Sequence record: LC519489.1
Length of the DNA: 64,000 nucleotides
From: Escherichia phage SP22
Direction: 5' to 3' (one strand)
The position numbers and the translations under genes were made by a program. The notes beneath the pieces are model-generated. The model was not told the origin of the DNA. It made no database searches and saw only the letters and a list, made by a program, of their open reading frames with translations. Positions within the stretch are counted from its first letter, which is position 1. Every line of letters starts with the position of its first letter. This document shows positions 9,080 to 18,117 of this stretch, in pieces.

Positions 9080-9376
9080 ATGAAATTATCAAATAAAGTT
9101 CGTGAAAATCTAAGCAAATTACTCAACAAAATTGATTTCATTGAAACATCAAGAAATAGCCATGATGTTATGGAATGGTTACACGGCAAAATAAAAGGTC
9201 GTCGTGTAGTGATTTGCTTATGGAATAGTTGCAGGGAGTATAAAAAACCTGTATTGCAAGTTAATATCTATGATGATACTCTTAAAAGTCCTGTCAAATC
9301 TAAAAGCGATTTACTAGATTCTTATGAGATAACTGTAAATGGCAAAGTATCACGTAAAGAGGAAGCACCATGTTAA
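9080..9376 (+). CDS. hypothetical protein
   Basis: ORF after cassette. Confidence 0.5.
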   Translation: MKLSNKVRENLSKLLNKIDFIETSRNSHDVMEWLHGKIKGRRVVICLWNSCREYKKPVLQVNIYDDTLKSPVKSKSDLLDSYEITVNGKVSRKEEAPC

Positions 9377-9702
9377 TGACTGGTATCACTGCAATCATTG
9401 CCATTTTCGCGCTCTATAAGGCATATAAAGCCTATAATCTAGCAAATAAGGCAATCACACAGCAGGTTAGCAATAACCTTGTAATGAGCTTTCTAGAGCG
9501 GTTGAGCGATGAACAATTAAAGCGGTTAGAAATGAGCTTCAGATTCAGGGCGAGAACTTATCAAATCAGCGACATTTTCAAAGATGATTTTCAATTAGTC
9601 GATGATTATAATTCTCTGATAAATGCTTTAAATATTAGTGACTTAAAAGACTATCATACTGTAATTGTTCAAGAGTTGAGCAAACGAAAACAAAACTGTT
9701 GA
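9370..9702 (+). CDS. hypothetical protein with N-terminal hydrophobic segment
   Basis: ORF with SD gagga, overlaps upstream stop; MLMTGITAIIAIFALY hydrophobic. Confidence 0.45.
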   Translation: MLMTGITAIIAIFALYKAYKAYNLANKAITQQVSNNLVMSFLERLSDEQLKRLEMSFRFRARTYQISDIFKDDFQLVDDYNSLINALNISDLKDYHTVIVQELSKRKQNC

Positions 9703-9791
9703 CACTGATTTTTAGATAGATTAAATTACACATCAACGGGGAGGCAATAAACACCCCACTAAATAAAGTCCTTAAACTAGGAGATTCTAAA
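9699..9791 (+). promoter_or_regulatory. cassette type A copy 2: -35 ttgaca 9699-9704, -10 taaatt 9722-9727, variant hairpin 9738-9757
   Basis: TTGACA-17-TAAATT then caacggggaggcaataaacacccc and conserved leader. Confidence 0.6.
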
Positions 9792-10064
9792 ATGTATACT
9801 ACTAACAACGGTCGCACTTTAAATGTCACTCTACGTCACTATGTAGACGGTGTGATGCACTTTGAGGATTTACAGGCTGAGCAACATATCTTAGATTGGC
9901 AAGTCGCAGGACTCCAAAAAACTGCTACCGGATACGGCAAAAAGATTCCAACTAGCTGGAAAGTATACTGTGAAGGACGTTTGCGCAGAATTTATCAGGA
10001 TGTATGTAGCAATAGCACATCAAGTTACATCATAGTAAAAGGTAAAAAACTGCATTTAGTATAA
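9792..10064 (+). CDS. hypothetical protein
   Basis: ORF after cassette. Confidence 0.5.
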   Translation: MYTTNNGRTLNVTLRHYVDGVMHFEDLQAEQHILDWQVAGLQKTATGYGKKIPTSWKVYCEGRLRRIYQDVCSNSTSSYIIVKGKKLHLV

Positions 10065-10149
10065 AGTACTTTACAGGGGGCTTATTAGTCTGTACAGTAA
10101 GCCCCAGATAAAGAGCTTTACCACTCAATCCTAAATTGGAGATTCTAAA
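10065..10149 (+). promoter_or_regulatory. cassette type B copy 3 (hairpin 10076-10105)
   Basis: gggggcttattagtctgtacagtaagcccc + leader. Confidence 0.6.
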
Positions 10150-10554
10150 ATGGCTATTAATAATCGTGAGTTGTCAATCTTAAAAGCACGTTTAACCGTT
10201 AATCGAATCAATGTTATTACATCATCAGCACCGGATGAAACATTGCACAACATTATCGGAAAGATTCAAAGCGTTATCTTAGACGTTGAAAACGTAAAAA
10301 ACTCATTGGCTGACGTTGCAGCAGGTATCACGCTAGACGGTGCACAATATGAAATGGTCGACATGTTAGGCAAATCTAAGGTAATGAATAAAGAGTTAGA
10401 CTTGAAAATGTTTAGATTTGCCGTGAAAGTGTGGCTATCTGTTGAGTATGATGCTAATTTTGCAATCGCTGATTTCTTTGCCACTTGGTTACAACGTAAT
10501 TTGGCAAATCATGACTTTCGTGACATCTGCGACGCAATTTATGCAGAACTCTAA
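10150..10554 (+). CDS. hypothetical protein
   Basis: ORF after cassette. Confidence 0.5.
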   Translation: MAINNRELSILKARLTVNRINVITSSAPDETLHNIIGKIQSVILDVENVKNSLADVAAGITLDGAQYEMVDMLGKSKVMNKELDLKMFRFAVKVWLSVEYDANFAIADFFATWLQRNLANHDFRDICDAIYAEL

Positions 10555-10562
10555 AAATTTTA

Positions 10563-10655
10563 TTGACACTGATTTTTAGATAGATTAAATTACACATCAA
10601 CGGGGAGGGAATGACCTTCCCCACTAAGTAAAGTCCTTAAACTAGGAGATTCAAA
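10563..10655 (+). promoter_or_regulatory. cassette type A copy 3: -35 ttgaca 10563-10568, -10 taaatt 10586-10591, hairpin 10602-10622
   Basis: identical architecture to copy 2. Confidence 0.65.
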
Positions 10656-10853
10656 ATGGCTATTATCAACGGTTTAACCATTGAAACCACGCACATCAAA
10701 GACATTAAAGTTGGTGATGTAGTTCTTTCCCACGGCGTAGAAAAAACAGTCACTGCAAAGGATATCAAAGATGATTCTTTCATGGGTAGAACTCTCTTCG
10801 GTGATTCTTATTGCTTAGGTTATCTTGCAGTTTTAAAAGTTGTCAAAAATTAA
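10656..10853 (+). CDS. hypothetical small protein
   Basis: ORF after cassette. Confidence 0.5.
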   Translation: MAIINGLTIETTHIKDIKVGDVVLSHGVEKTVTAKDIKDDSFMGRTLFGDSYCLGYLAVLKVVKN

Positions 10854-10856
10854 CTG

Positions 10857-10946
10857 ATAAAGTACTTTACAAGGGGCTTATAGTTCGATAAAGTAAGCCC
10901 CAGATAAAGAGCTTTACCACTAAATCCTTAAACTAGGAGATTCAAA
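10857..10946 (+). promoter_or_regulatory. cassette type B copy 4 (hairpin 10873-10901)
   Basis: near-identical to copy 1. Confidence 0.6.
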
Positions 10947-11489
10947 ATGAAATGCTTTCACGGTACTACTCAAGAAAACTTTATCAACCTGATTAATAAC
11001 GGTGATAAACCATCAGGTGTATGGAATTGTTCGGATATGGACGGCAATTTTTACGTGTACCCAGAAAATAAACTCTATGGTGATGATGAGGAAGAGATAG
11101 CATCGGAAGGTATCCAGCAAGCTCTAGGAAATGCCACTATCACGGCAGCTTTTCAGATGAAAACTCAAAATATTGTTATCTTAGAACTTGACATTCCAGA
11201 GGATGAGCTAAATGATGATTATTCTTGTGATAACATGTCAAATATAGCAAGCTTTACAGAGTACTTTGATGTAAATTGGATTAAAAAGGTCTATACAACA
11301 GAGTTCAATGCTATGTATTCACCTTTTTGTCTCCCTTCACTGGATAACCCAAATTTAAATTATCTTGATGAAACATTGGAGCTACTTGCTAAAAGTATCC
11401 AACAATCCGACAGTATTCAGGTTTTTTGTGACATCATGGATACACTGACAGAAAACATTGTAGAGAGTGATTTAAAGGTCTTTTTCTAA
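10947..11489 (+). CDS. hypothetical acidic protein
   Basis: ORF after cassette. Confidence 0.5.
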   Translation: MKCFHGTTQENFINLINNGDKPSGVWNCSDMDGNFYVYPENKLYGDDEEEIASEGIQQALGNATITAAFQMKTQNIVILELDIPEDELNDDYSCDNMSNIASFTEYFDVNWIKKVYTTEFNAMYSPFCLPSLDNPNLNYLDETLELLAKSIQQSDSIQVFCDIMDTLTENIVESDLKVFF

Positions 11490-11523
11490 AAACCTATACA
11501 TTCACCTTATAAACACTGATTAA

Positions 11524-11545
11524 CCCCTTACAGGGGCTTTTAGAG
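11524..11545 (+). terminator. hairpin ccccttacagggg + ctttt
   Basis: inverted repeat and T-run. Confidence 0.45.
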
Positions 11546-11555
11546 GGCTTAAATC

Positions 11556-11789
11556 ATGCTTACAACCATTTATCTCATCCTTTCCATTTGTAACGGCCAT
11601 TCATGTGACTTTAAAGGGCTTGAAGAGTTTACAGGAAGTAAAGAAAATGCTATTCAAGTTTGCCAGATAGCAAGACAAGACTACCCCGCCAGTGATGATA
11701 TACAATGTTACTTTAAGACAGAAGATGACGAAGGAATCTATTTCGACAGTGTCGATGGTCAATATGAAATTATCATTGAAAAAGACTAG
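11556..11789 (+). CDS. hypothetical small protein
   Basis: ORF track. Confidence 0.4.
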   Translation: MLTTIYLILSICNGHSCDFKGLEEFTGSKENAIQVCQIARQDYPASDDIQCYFKTEDDEGIYFDSVDGQYEIIIEKD

Positions 11790-11882
11790 ACAAGCCTGAT
11801 AAAAGTCTGTAAATTATCAATCAACGGGGAGGGAATGACCTTCCCCACTAAGTAAAGTCCTTAAACTAGGAGATTCCAAAAA
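11787..11882 (+). promoter_or_regulatory. cassette type A copy 4: -35-like tagaca 11787-11792, -10 taaatt 11810-11815, hairpin 11826-11846
   Basis: 17-bp spacing; hairpin and leader conserved. Confidence 0.55.
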
Positions 11883-12131
11883 ATGTATACTAAAACTCAA
11901 CTAAAAAACATGGTTAGCAATGGCTTAATGGATGAAGTCTATAAAGAGTGTAGACGCTACGGGGAAATTAAGGATAAGACTAGTTATGAGTATACCCACA
12001 CAATAGACTTTAAAACCAATGAGAAGAGGACTGACCTTGTTACTGTAATAGTGATTGAGTATAAACGAATTATTTGGACCTTTGAGCTAGTAAAAGGTGA
12101 GTGCACAGAGATAGAATATAAAGACGCTTAA
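11883..12131 (+). CDS. hypothetical small protein
   Basis: ORF after cassette. Confidence 0.5.
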   Translation: MYTKTQLKNMVSNGLMDEVYKECRRYGEIKDKTSYEYTHTIDFKTNEKRTDLVTVIVIEYKRIIWTFELVKGECTEIEYKDA

Positions 12132-12216
12132 AGTACTTTACATGGGGCTTATTAGTCTGTATAGTAAGCCCCAGATAAAGAGCTTTACCACTCAATCCTA
12201 AACTGGAGATTCTAAA
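12127..12216 (+). promoter_or_regulatory. cassette type B copy 5 (hairpin 12144-12172)
   Basis: ggggcttattagtctgtatagtaagcccc + leader. Confidence 0.6.
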
Positions 12217-12558
12217 ATGGCTTATGTAACCGTAATTACCGATAAAGCTGGCTCATCTTGGTCAACTCAAGTAAGTGATAAGATGTCACCTATGCAGTGC
12301 CTAAAATACTTTGAACAGTGGAACAAAGGCGAGGATGTAAGCCCCTTTCAAGTGATGCAAATCATCCATACAGATAACGAAGGGAACAAAACGACCTTGA
12401 ACAGTGAATACTACGCAAGCCGTTTTGAAACGAGAAGTAAAACAATGAAGCTTTTACGTGAATCCGGTTATGCACATATTGCCGCGTTAATCTGGGATGA
12501 CCTGCTAAAAAGTCAGCGTATCAGCTATGTAAAGCCTGAAAAAATCTTCATAAGTTAA
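12217..12558 (+). CDS. hypothetical protein
   Basis: ORF after cassette. Confidence 0.5.
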   Translation: MAYVTVITDKAGSSWSTQVSDKMSPMQCLKYFEQWNKGEDVSPFQVMQIIHTDNEGNKTTLNSEYYASRFETRSKTMKLLRESGYAHIAALIWDDLLKSQRISYVKPEKIFIS

Positions 12559-12590
12559 TCAATAACTTACAAAAAACTTTTAAAAAAGTG

Positions 12591-12619
12591 TTGACAATAC
12601 CCATTGACATTGGTAACTT
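12591..12619 (+). promoter_or_regulatory. sigma70-like promoter candidate (ttgaca 12591-12596, taactt 12614-12619)
   Basis: hexamers with 17-bp spacing. Confidence 0.35.
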
Positions 12620-12686
12620 TGTTCGAGGGGGTTATCTAAAAGGGATTCACTTAATAGATTCTTTATAGATAAACTTAAAAAATTGC

Positions 12687-12779
12687 TTGCAAAGGCAAAT
12701 CAAAACAAGTATAGTACTAATCAACGGGGAGGGAATGACCTTCCCCACTAAGTAAAGTCCTTAAACTAGGAGATTCAAA
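12687..12779 (+). promoter_or_regulatory. cassette type A copy 5: -35 ttgcaa 12687-12692, -10 tatagt 12710-12715, hairpin 12726-12746
   Basis: 17-bp spacing, conserved hairpin and leader. Confidence 0.6.
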
Positions 12780-13310
12780 ATGAACAAGTTTCAAGCTATC
12801 AACTACATTCGCTCATCTAACGTTATGACTAAACCCGTTAAAGATACCTTCGAATTTCGTTGCAACGGTGTACACTTTGCAACTATCACTAAATCAGAAA
12901 ACGGGGCTTATTATATACATCGTCGTAATGTTTCTACTGTTGTAGTATCTCACTTTATGCAAGCTGTAGCAGAACTGTTACCGTTATTCTTAGGTATTTA
13001 CTTAGATGAGTGTAAAAACGTTCGCAACCACGTTAAAGACCTTTTAAATAGTTATAAAATGGCTTATGAACGTTCTATCAAGAATCTTAACAAGTTCTAT
13101 AAAGCTCCTGAAAACACCGTATCAATAGCTTATGATGTAAGCGGTGAAATGGTCAACCTCTCCAATGTAGAACAAATTTGCCTTTATGATTTACGTCCTA
13201 GCGGTTATTCTAAGACTCTCGGTGAAGGCTTATCCTTCAATATCAAGAACTTAGAAAAAACTTTAAAAGATATTGAAAAAGATATTGACGAGACAATCAA
13301 AAGTCTGTAA
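12780..13310 (+). CDS. hypothetical protein
   Basis: ORF after cassette. Confidence 0.5.
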   Translation: MNKFQAINYIRSSNVMTKPVKDTFEFRCNGVHFATITKSENGAYYIHRRNVSTVVVSHFMQAVAELLPLFLGIYLDECKNVRNHVKDLLNSYKMAYERSIKNLNKFYKAPENTVSIAYDVSGEMVNLSNVEQICLYDLRPSGYSKTLGEGLSFNIKNLEKTLKDIEKDIDETIKSL

Positions 13311-13377
13311 ATTGTCAATCAACGGGGAGGGATTAACCTTCCCACTAAGTAAAGTCCTTAAACTAGGAGATTCAAAA
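13285..13377 (+). promoter_or_regulatory. cassette type A copy 6: -35 ttgacg 13285-13290, -10 taaatt 13308-13313, variant hairpin 13324-13343
   Basis: promoter embedded in 3' end of upstream ORF. Confidence 0.55.
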
Positions 13378-13641
13378 ATGGAACACGTAGAATTAACCAC
13401 ACTATTGCAGATTGCAACTAACAAAGAAGACGTAGCGTTGTTTCACCGTATCGAAAGTGATTTGTTCAATGGTGAAATCATTAAAGAATCTTACGAAGTT
13501 GTCGGATTCAAAGATGGTAAAGCATTTGGCTTTTTTGACCTCGACAAAAGCAAAGCGGTTACAATGTACGATGTTCTATCTTGTGAAATTCTGACAAAAT
13601 ACAACGAAAAAAGGCTTGCAACCTACGCCAATATGCAGTAA
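13378..13641 (+). CDS. hypothetical small protein (start set at ATG after conserved leader; track ORF 13273 is an artefactual upstream extension)
   Basis: MEHVELT start directly follows ggagattcaaaa. Confidence 0.5.
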   Translation: MEHVELTTLLQIATNKEDVALFHRIESDLFNGEIIKESYEVVGFKDGKAFGFFDLDKSKAVTMYDVLSCEILTKYNEKRLATYANMQ

Positions 13642-13708
13642 ATTACTAATCAACGGGGAGGGAATGACCTTCCCACTAAACAAAGTCCTAAACTGGAGAA
13701 TCTAAATT
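13616..13708 (+). promoter_or_regulatory. cassette type A copy 7: -35 ttgcaa 13616-13621, -10 taaatt 13639-13644, hairpin 13654-13673
   Basis: 17-bp spacing, conserved hairpin. Confidence 0.55.
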
Positions 13709-13957
13709 ATGTCAACTATCCGCGTAACTGTTAATGCTTATGGCTGCCACAAACTTGATGCAAAATTCGATATCGGTGGAACAGATAACACCTTTGACCT
13801 TATCAAAATGCTGATTCAGCAGGTGATACCAGATTATAACCCTACTGATGACTTCTGGAAAGATGCCGTAAAAGAAGCCATAAACGAGGAATCTCACTAC
13901 CATTATTGGGGTGACTTGATTGTCTCTCTATACTACAGCAAACAAGGCTACAACTAA
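13709..13957 (+). CDS. hypothetical small protein
   Basis: ORF after cassette. Confidence 0.5.
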   Translation: MSTIRVTVNAYGCHKLDAKFDIGGTDNTFDLIKMLIQQVIPDYNPTDDFWKDAVKEAINEESHYHYWGDLIVSLYYSKQGYN

Positions 13958-13965
13958 TCGACGCA

Positions 13966-14019
13966 ACGGGGCTAAATAGCCCCAGATACCTTTACAGCCC
14001 CTTAAATGGGGCTTTTTTA
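13966..14019 (+). terminator. tandem hairpins (ggggctaaatagcccc; gccccttaaatggggc + tttttt) ending the + strand early block
   Basis: inverted repeats and U-run. Confidence 0.65.
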
Positions 14020-14029
14020 CGTCTATCAA

Positions 14030-15560
14030 ATCCTTATACAATCCCTTTCCTTTCCTTTCCAGAATCTTATCAGACCTTAAAAGCAATAACTCTATAGTCT
14101 ACTCTATAACCTTTTATCAAATCAACTTAAATATAAGCCCATAACCCGAAAGGGAAGGGCAACCCCTTAAACGCTCTATAACGCTCTATAACAGCCTTAT
14201 CAACCTAACTTAAGCAATCATATTAACCCACTCTAAAAAGCCCTTTATAGAGCTTCCCAGAGCCTTAGAAGAATCTTATAAGGGTGTAAGCTTTATCATC
14301 TCGTTAGTATTCTTGTGAACTACTAAAAAGGGCTTGGTAGTTCCTTTAAAGTATGTTATAGGGGCTATAAAGTTACTCAAAAGTTACGTAAATGCTAGCC
14401 CCCTTAACATTTTCTTAACAATTTCTTAACAAACCCTACATAGTTATGCTTGTTAGAGACTTGTTAGCCTCTTGTTAAATCTCTGTTAAGACCACGTAAA
14501 AGCCTTGTAAGAACCTTTGACATAGCCTTTAAAGCCCCTGTAAAGCCCTATAAAGAGGTATCTGTACAGTTGGGGTGTAATTACTAGGAAGAGGCTTAAA
14601 AGGGCTTACAAGGAGCTATAGAGAGCTTTTAAGAGGTATGTTTAGAGAATCACTAAGAAAGAGAGGGAACGATAAGAAAAGAGATAGTGACCTTGTTAAC
14701 AGCTTGTTAAAAAGATTAAACACTTGTTAGAAACTTGTTAATTATCTTAACAAAATAACTCTTAAAAATTAACTTGTTAGCTCTTGTTAGTCATCTGTTA
14801 AGCATCTGTAAAGACTATTCAGCACTTGTTAAGAAACTGTTAAGCTCTTGTTAGTTCTGTTAAGAATCTGTTAAGACCTTTGAAGAGTTGTTAAGAAGAT
14901 GTGAGAACTGTTAAGAGATTGTTAAGGATATTTTAAAATTTTGCAAAGGGGGTGTTACAGGGATGTTAAGGGCTACCAAGCAGATATACATCTTCTACAG
15001 ATATTTTTCAGTTCCTTCAAAGACCCTAAAAATGACTTGACAGTCCTATTTTATAAAAATTTTAAAATTCTGAATAATTACCTAGACAGTCTTTTAAAAA
15101 TACAGGCATAAACAGGCTTATAAGATACCTTGTTAGTACCGTGTTAGACCTTGTGAGATAAGGTCTGTAAAGATATTCCTGTTAAGTTTGTTAAAACAGT
15201 CTATATAGAGGCTTAGTAATACCTAGTGAACACCTATAGAGGGTATCATAGCTGACATAATGGGTTACTGTTAAGTAACACAGGTAACCTAGAGATTAAG
15301 AGGTGTATAGGAGCTTCTAAGAGGGTGTAGAGGTATGGTTAAGGTGATTGTATAGGTTGTTAAGAAGGCTTGTTAGAAGAGTGTTTAGAAGGGCTATACA
15401 GAGGGGCTATTAAGACCACTAGATAGTTACTAAGATACTATATAGTACTATATAACTATATATAGAGAGTAAGATTAAGAAGGTTGTTAAGAAGGATAGA
15501 TATTTTATTCACATATGATGGTGACCCATAGGTTGGGACAACCGATAAAATTTTATAAAA
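14030..15560. repeat. ORF-free 1.5-kb region with dense short dispersed repeats, consensus (C)TTGTTA(A/G) or CTGTTAAG, in both orientations (25 or more copies, densest 14400-14930)
   Basis: no ORF of 60 aa or more in any frame; motif counted by eye; flanked by convergent terminators. Confidence 0.7.
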
Positions 15561-15598
15561 ATTAAAAAGCCCCCAATTAAGGAGGCTCTTAAGATATT

Positions 15599-16192
15599 TT
15601 AAACCAGTGTTTCCAGAACTGTCTTCAGTGATGACTTGGTTGTCTGATAAAAATGAGTAAATCCATTGTTATTATCGAATACCTGCATCATGATATCATC
15701 ACCCTTGATTGGGTAAACTCGGATATCGTAGTGAAAACCATTAAAGACACAAGAACCACTACAGAATGCTCTAAAGTCATCCACTGAGATATACTCTTCA
15801 TGACCTGTGATTTTTATACAAACACCTTTACTCGGTCTCTTAGGGTTGATATCTTCCATCACAGACATACTCTGTCCACCAAGAGATACCATAGTGACCA
15901 CTTTACGGTTCTTCTGTCTAAAGTACATCTTAACTTTCTGTAAAGTGTCTTCATAGAACGGATAAGACCTTTCTACAAAGATTCCTTCAAGTGGCTCTTT
16001 ACCATTTTCAACTTCTCTGTTATGCCGTACTGCAAAGATAATTTGTTGGAACCAGTCAAAATTTTCTTCGGAGAGTCCTTCCCGAATATCATTCCAGTCA
16101 AGGACTAGATAGTTACCTTCAACTTTTTTTAAGTTATCTTTTTTCATATCTATCACACCGTTATCGTAAAACTTGGTAAGCTGGAACTGCAA
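15599..16192 (-). CDS. hypothetical protein
   Basis: ORF track. Confidence 0.45.
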   Translation of the reverse strand: MQFQLTKFYDNGVIDMKKDNLKKVEGNYLVLDWNDIREGLSEENFDWFQQIIFAVRHNREVENGKEPLEGIFVERSYPFYEDTLQKVKMYFRQKNRKVVTMVSLGGQSMSVMEDINPKRPSKGVCIKITGHEEYISVDDFRAFCSGSCVFNGFHYDIRVYPIKGDDIMMQVFDNNNGFTHFYQTTKSSLKTVLETLV

Positions 16193-16625
16193 ACTTGTTG
16201 CCGTTGTTCCTAATGAGGTCTTCTTCTGTTACTAAGAATGTAAGACCAAACAAATGTAAATAGATGCTATCACACTCAAATATCTTAAATAGGTATTTAC
16301 CGTCATGATAAACAGACTCTACTACACCTTTTGCAACAACCTCTCCAGTCTTGAAGTCTTTAAGGCGGTGTACATTACCAACTTTAGGAACTGTTTTCAT
16401 CTCAGGTTCTTTTAGTTTCTCACCAACTTCTACATCACCTGGTAAGTTGGAACTTTCAAAAGCTATATGCTTCATATAAGCTTCTGAGCATTCCAAGATA
16501 AAGCAATGCACAAGAGCCTTAGCAGCATGTCTTGAACAACTCAGCTTATCACAAATCTCTTTGTACATTTTATCTTTAGTTGAATTGTTAAGCATTGCTT
16601 TTTGAACAACTACTTTAACTTTCAT
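16161..16625 (-). CDS. hypothetical protein
   Basis: ORF track. Confidence 0.45.
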   Translation of the reverse strand: MKVKVVVQKAMLNNSTKDKMYKEICDKLSCSRHAAKALVHCFILECSEAYMKHIAFESSNLPGDVEVGEKLKEPEMKTVPKVGNVHRLKDFKTGEVVAKGVVESVYHDGKYLFKIFECDSIYLHLFGLTFLVTEEDLIRNNGNKFAVPAYQVLR

Positions 16626-17043
16626 AAGCTCTCCGAATAACCCTATTAAGCATCTCTAAAGTCAGCTTTCCAGATTCTAAATGTGGCACAATAAGTTTTA
16701 AAGCTTTTTCAACATCATGCACAACATCTATTATACCTTCTTCATAGGCTTCTACAAGAATATCTTTTACATTTTGTGATTTACCTTTTTGTGGTATCAC
16801 TAGACGCATATCAAACTCATTTGCTTGAGGATGGTTCTTACCTTGCCAATAACCGTCTTTGTTAAAGCTGATGTAGTCACCATGATAAAAGTGTATACCA
16901 TTAGCTTTAAACTTTTCCAGCACAAGGCATTGAATGGGGTATTCAGTATTCCAATCCCTAACTCCTATAGCCTTCACTGTTGCGATATACTTCTGTGTTT
17001 TTGCATCTACGATGTCAAGTTCTTGACCAGCAATGATTTGCAT
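16615..17043 (-). CDS. hypothetical protein
   Basis: ORF track. Confidence 0.45.
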   Translation of the reverse strand: MQIIAGQELDIVDAKTQKYIATVKAIGVRDWNTEYPIQCLVLEKFKANGIHFYHGDYISFNKDGYWQGKNHPQANEFDMRLVIPQKGKSQNVKDILVEAYEEGIIDVVHDVEKALKLIVPHLESGKLTLEMLNRVIRRAYES

Positions 17044-17097
17044 ATTCGCTACCTTCTAAGTTTCTATAAAGGGGCTATCAAGTAACCCCTCAAGTTA

Positions 17098-17322
17098 CTA
17101 CTCAGACTTTTCAGTCTTCTTATCGGACTTCTTACTAGTCTTCTTCTCAGCTTTCTGCTCAGGTTCCTTCTCAGAAGTTGCCTTGATAACCATATCAAGA
17201 AGCTCTGATAAGTCACTCTTCAGCAAAGTAACAGGCTGCTCATTGTAGAAGTTTTTGTCAAGATAAACTTTGAACTCTTCTATAGATGGAAATCCAAAAA
17301 TTGGTACAGGTGTCTTAGTCAT
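17098..17322 (-). CDS. hypothetical small protein with Lys-rich C-terminus
   Basis: ORF track. Confidence 0.4.
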   Translation of the reverse strand: MTKTPVPIFGFPSIEEFKVYLDKNFYNEQPVTLLKSDLSELLDMVIKATSEKEPEQKAEKKTSKKSDKKTEKSE

Positions 17323-17398
17323 TACTTAGTTTCTCCATAGGCATCTTTCAAGATTGCCTTGTTAATCATTTCAGCGATTGCAAAACGAACACATACAG

Positions 17399-17902
17399 CT
17401 ATAATTGTAGGTTGCATTCTTTACTTACCTCTTCAAGTTTAACCTCAGAGTCCTTGAGTCGCTTCTTATGAACTCTGAATCTTAGTAGTGAGATGATGAT
17501 ACCAACTAAAGGAACAACATACAAGTACCAAACATCATACACCTTTGCAGTAATCTGTGTAATGGTTAAATCTTGAGCTATGGAACTAATTGTTGATACT
17601 GCCAGCAACGTTGCTAAGAAAAATGCCAGTACCATCACAGTACTTAAACAACCTCTGGCATGGTGTTCATGCTTAATGCACTTATTTTTCTCGTCAACAA
17701 CCCTGTTGTAGTCGTTTGTAAAGTCTCTGTAGAAAGCTTTCAAGTATTCTTGACTGTATCCTTCAAAGCAACCTGTACCGTACCAATAATCACCACCAAA
17801 ATGTGCTATGATACCAGTATCCCCATTTGGTTTGGTTACTCTCAAAGAGGTGTGATGACGAGTATCTTGATAGTCTATTTTGTATCTTTCTTCGTAAATC
17901 AT
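17399..17902 (-). CDS. membrane protein (two predicted TM helices in C-terminal half)
   Basis: hydrophobic stretches LSTVMVLAFFLATLLAVSTI and YLYVVPLVGIIISLL. Confidence 0.45.
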   Translation of the reverse strand: MIYEERYKIDYQDTRHHTSLRVTKPNGDTGIIAHFGGDYWYGTGCFEGYSQEYLKAFYRDFTNDYNRVVDEKNKCIKHEHHARGCLSTVMVLAFFLATLLAVSTISSIAQDLTITQITAKVYDVWYLYVVPLVGIIISLLRFRVHKKRLKDSEVKLEEVSKECNLQL

Positions 17903-18117
17903 TTTTCAACCCCTCTCAATCGTTTGTTCCACTCAAGGTCAACAAGTCTTTGCAGGACTTTCCCTCTAGGTGTCACACCTTTTAAATCTGCATCATAACA
18001 ATGGTAAAAATCACCTTCAGCATGTTTACCATAGCATTTTCTGATGTTCTGACTCCTACGATACTGCTCTAATAGGGACAGTTTGTAGTAATCTTCAACT
18101 GTAGTTAGTTTTTTCAT
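17899..18117 (-). CDS. hypothetical small protein
   Basis: ORF track. Confidence 0.4.
   Translation of the reverse strand: MKKLTTVEDYYKLSLLEQYRRSQNIRKCYGKHAEGDFYHCYDADLKGVTPRGKVLQRLVDLEWNKRLRGVEK

Noticed and set aside
13273-13377. N-terminal extension of ORF 13273-13641 given by the track
   Set aside because: The extension overlaps the upstream gene and reads through the promoter/hairpin cassette; the ATG at 13378 directly follows the conserved leader.
8140-13710. Possible CRISPR array, given regularly recurring hairpin-containing repeats
   Set aside because: Repeats are 60-90 bp, sit 200-500 bp apart and are separated by protein-coding genes with promoters and SD sequences; not the short identical repeats with uniform spacers of a CRISPR locus.
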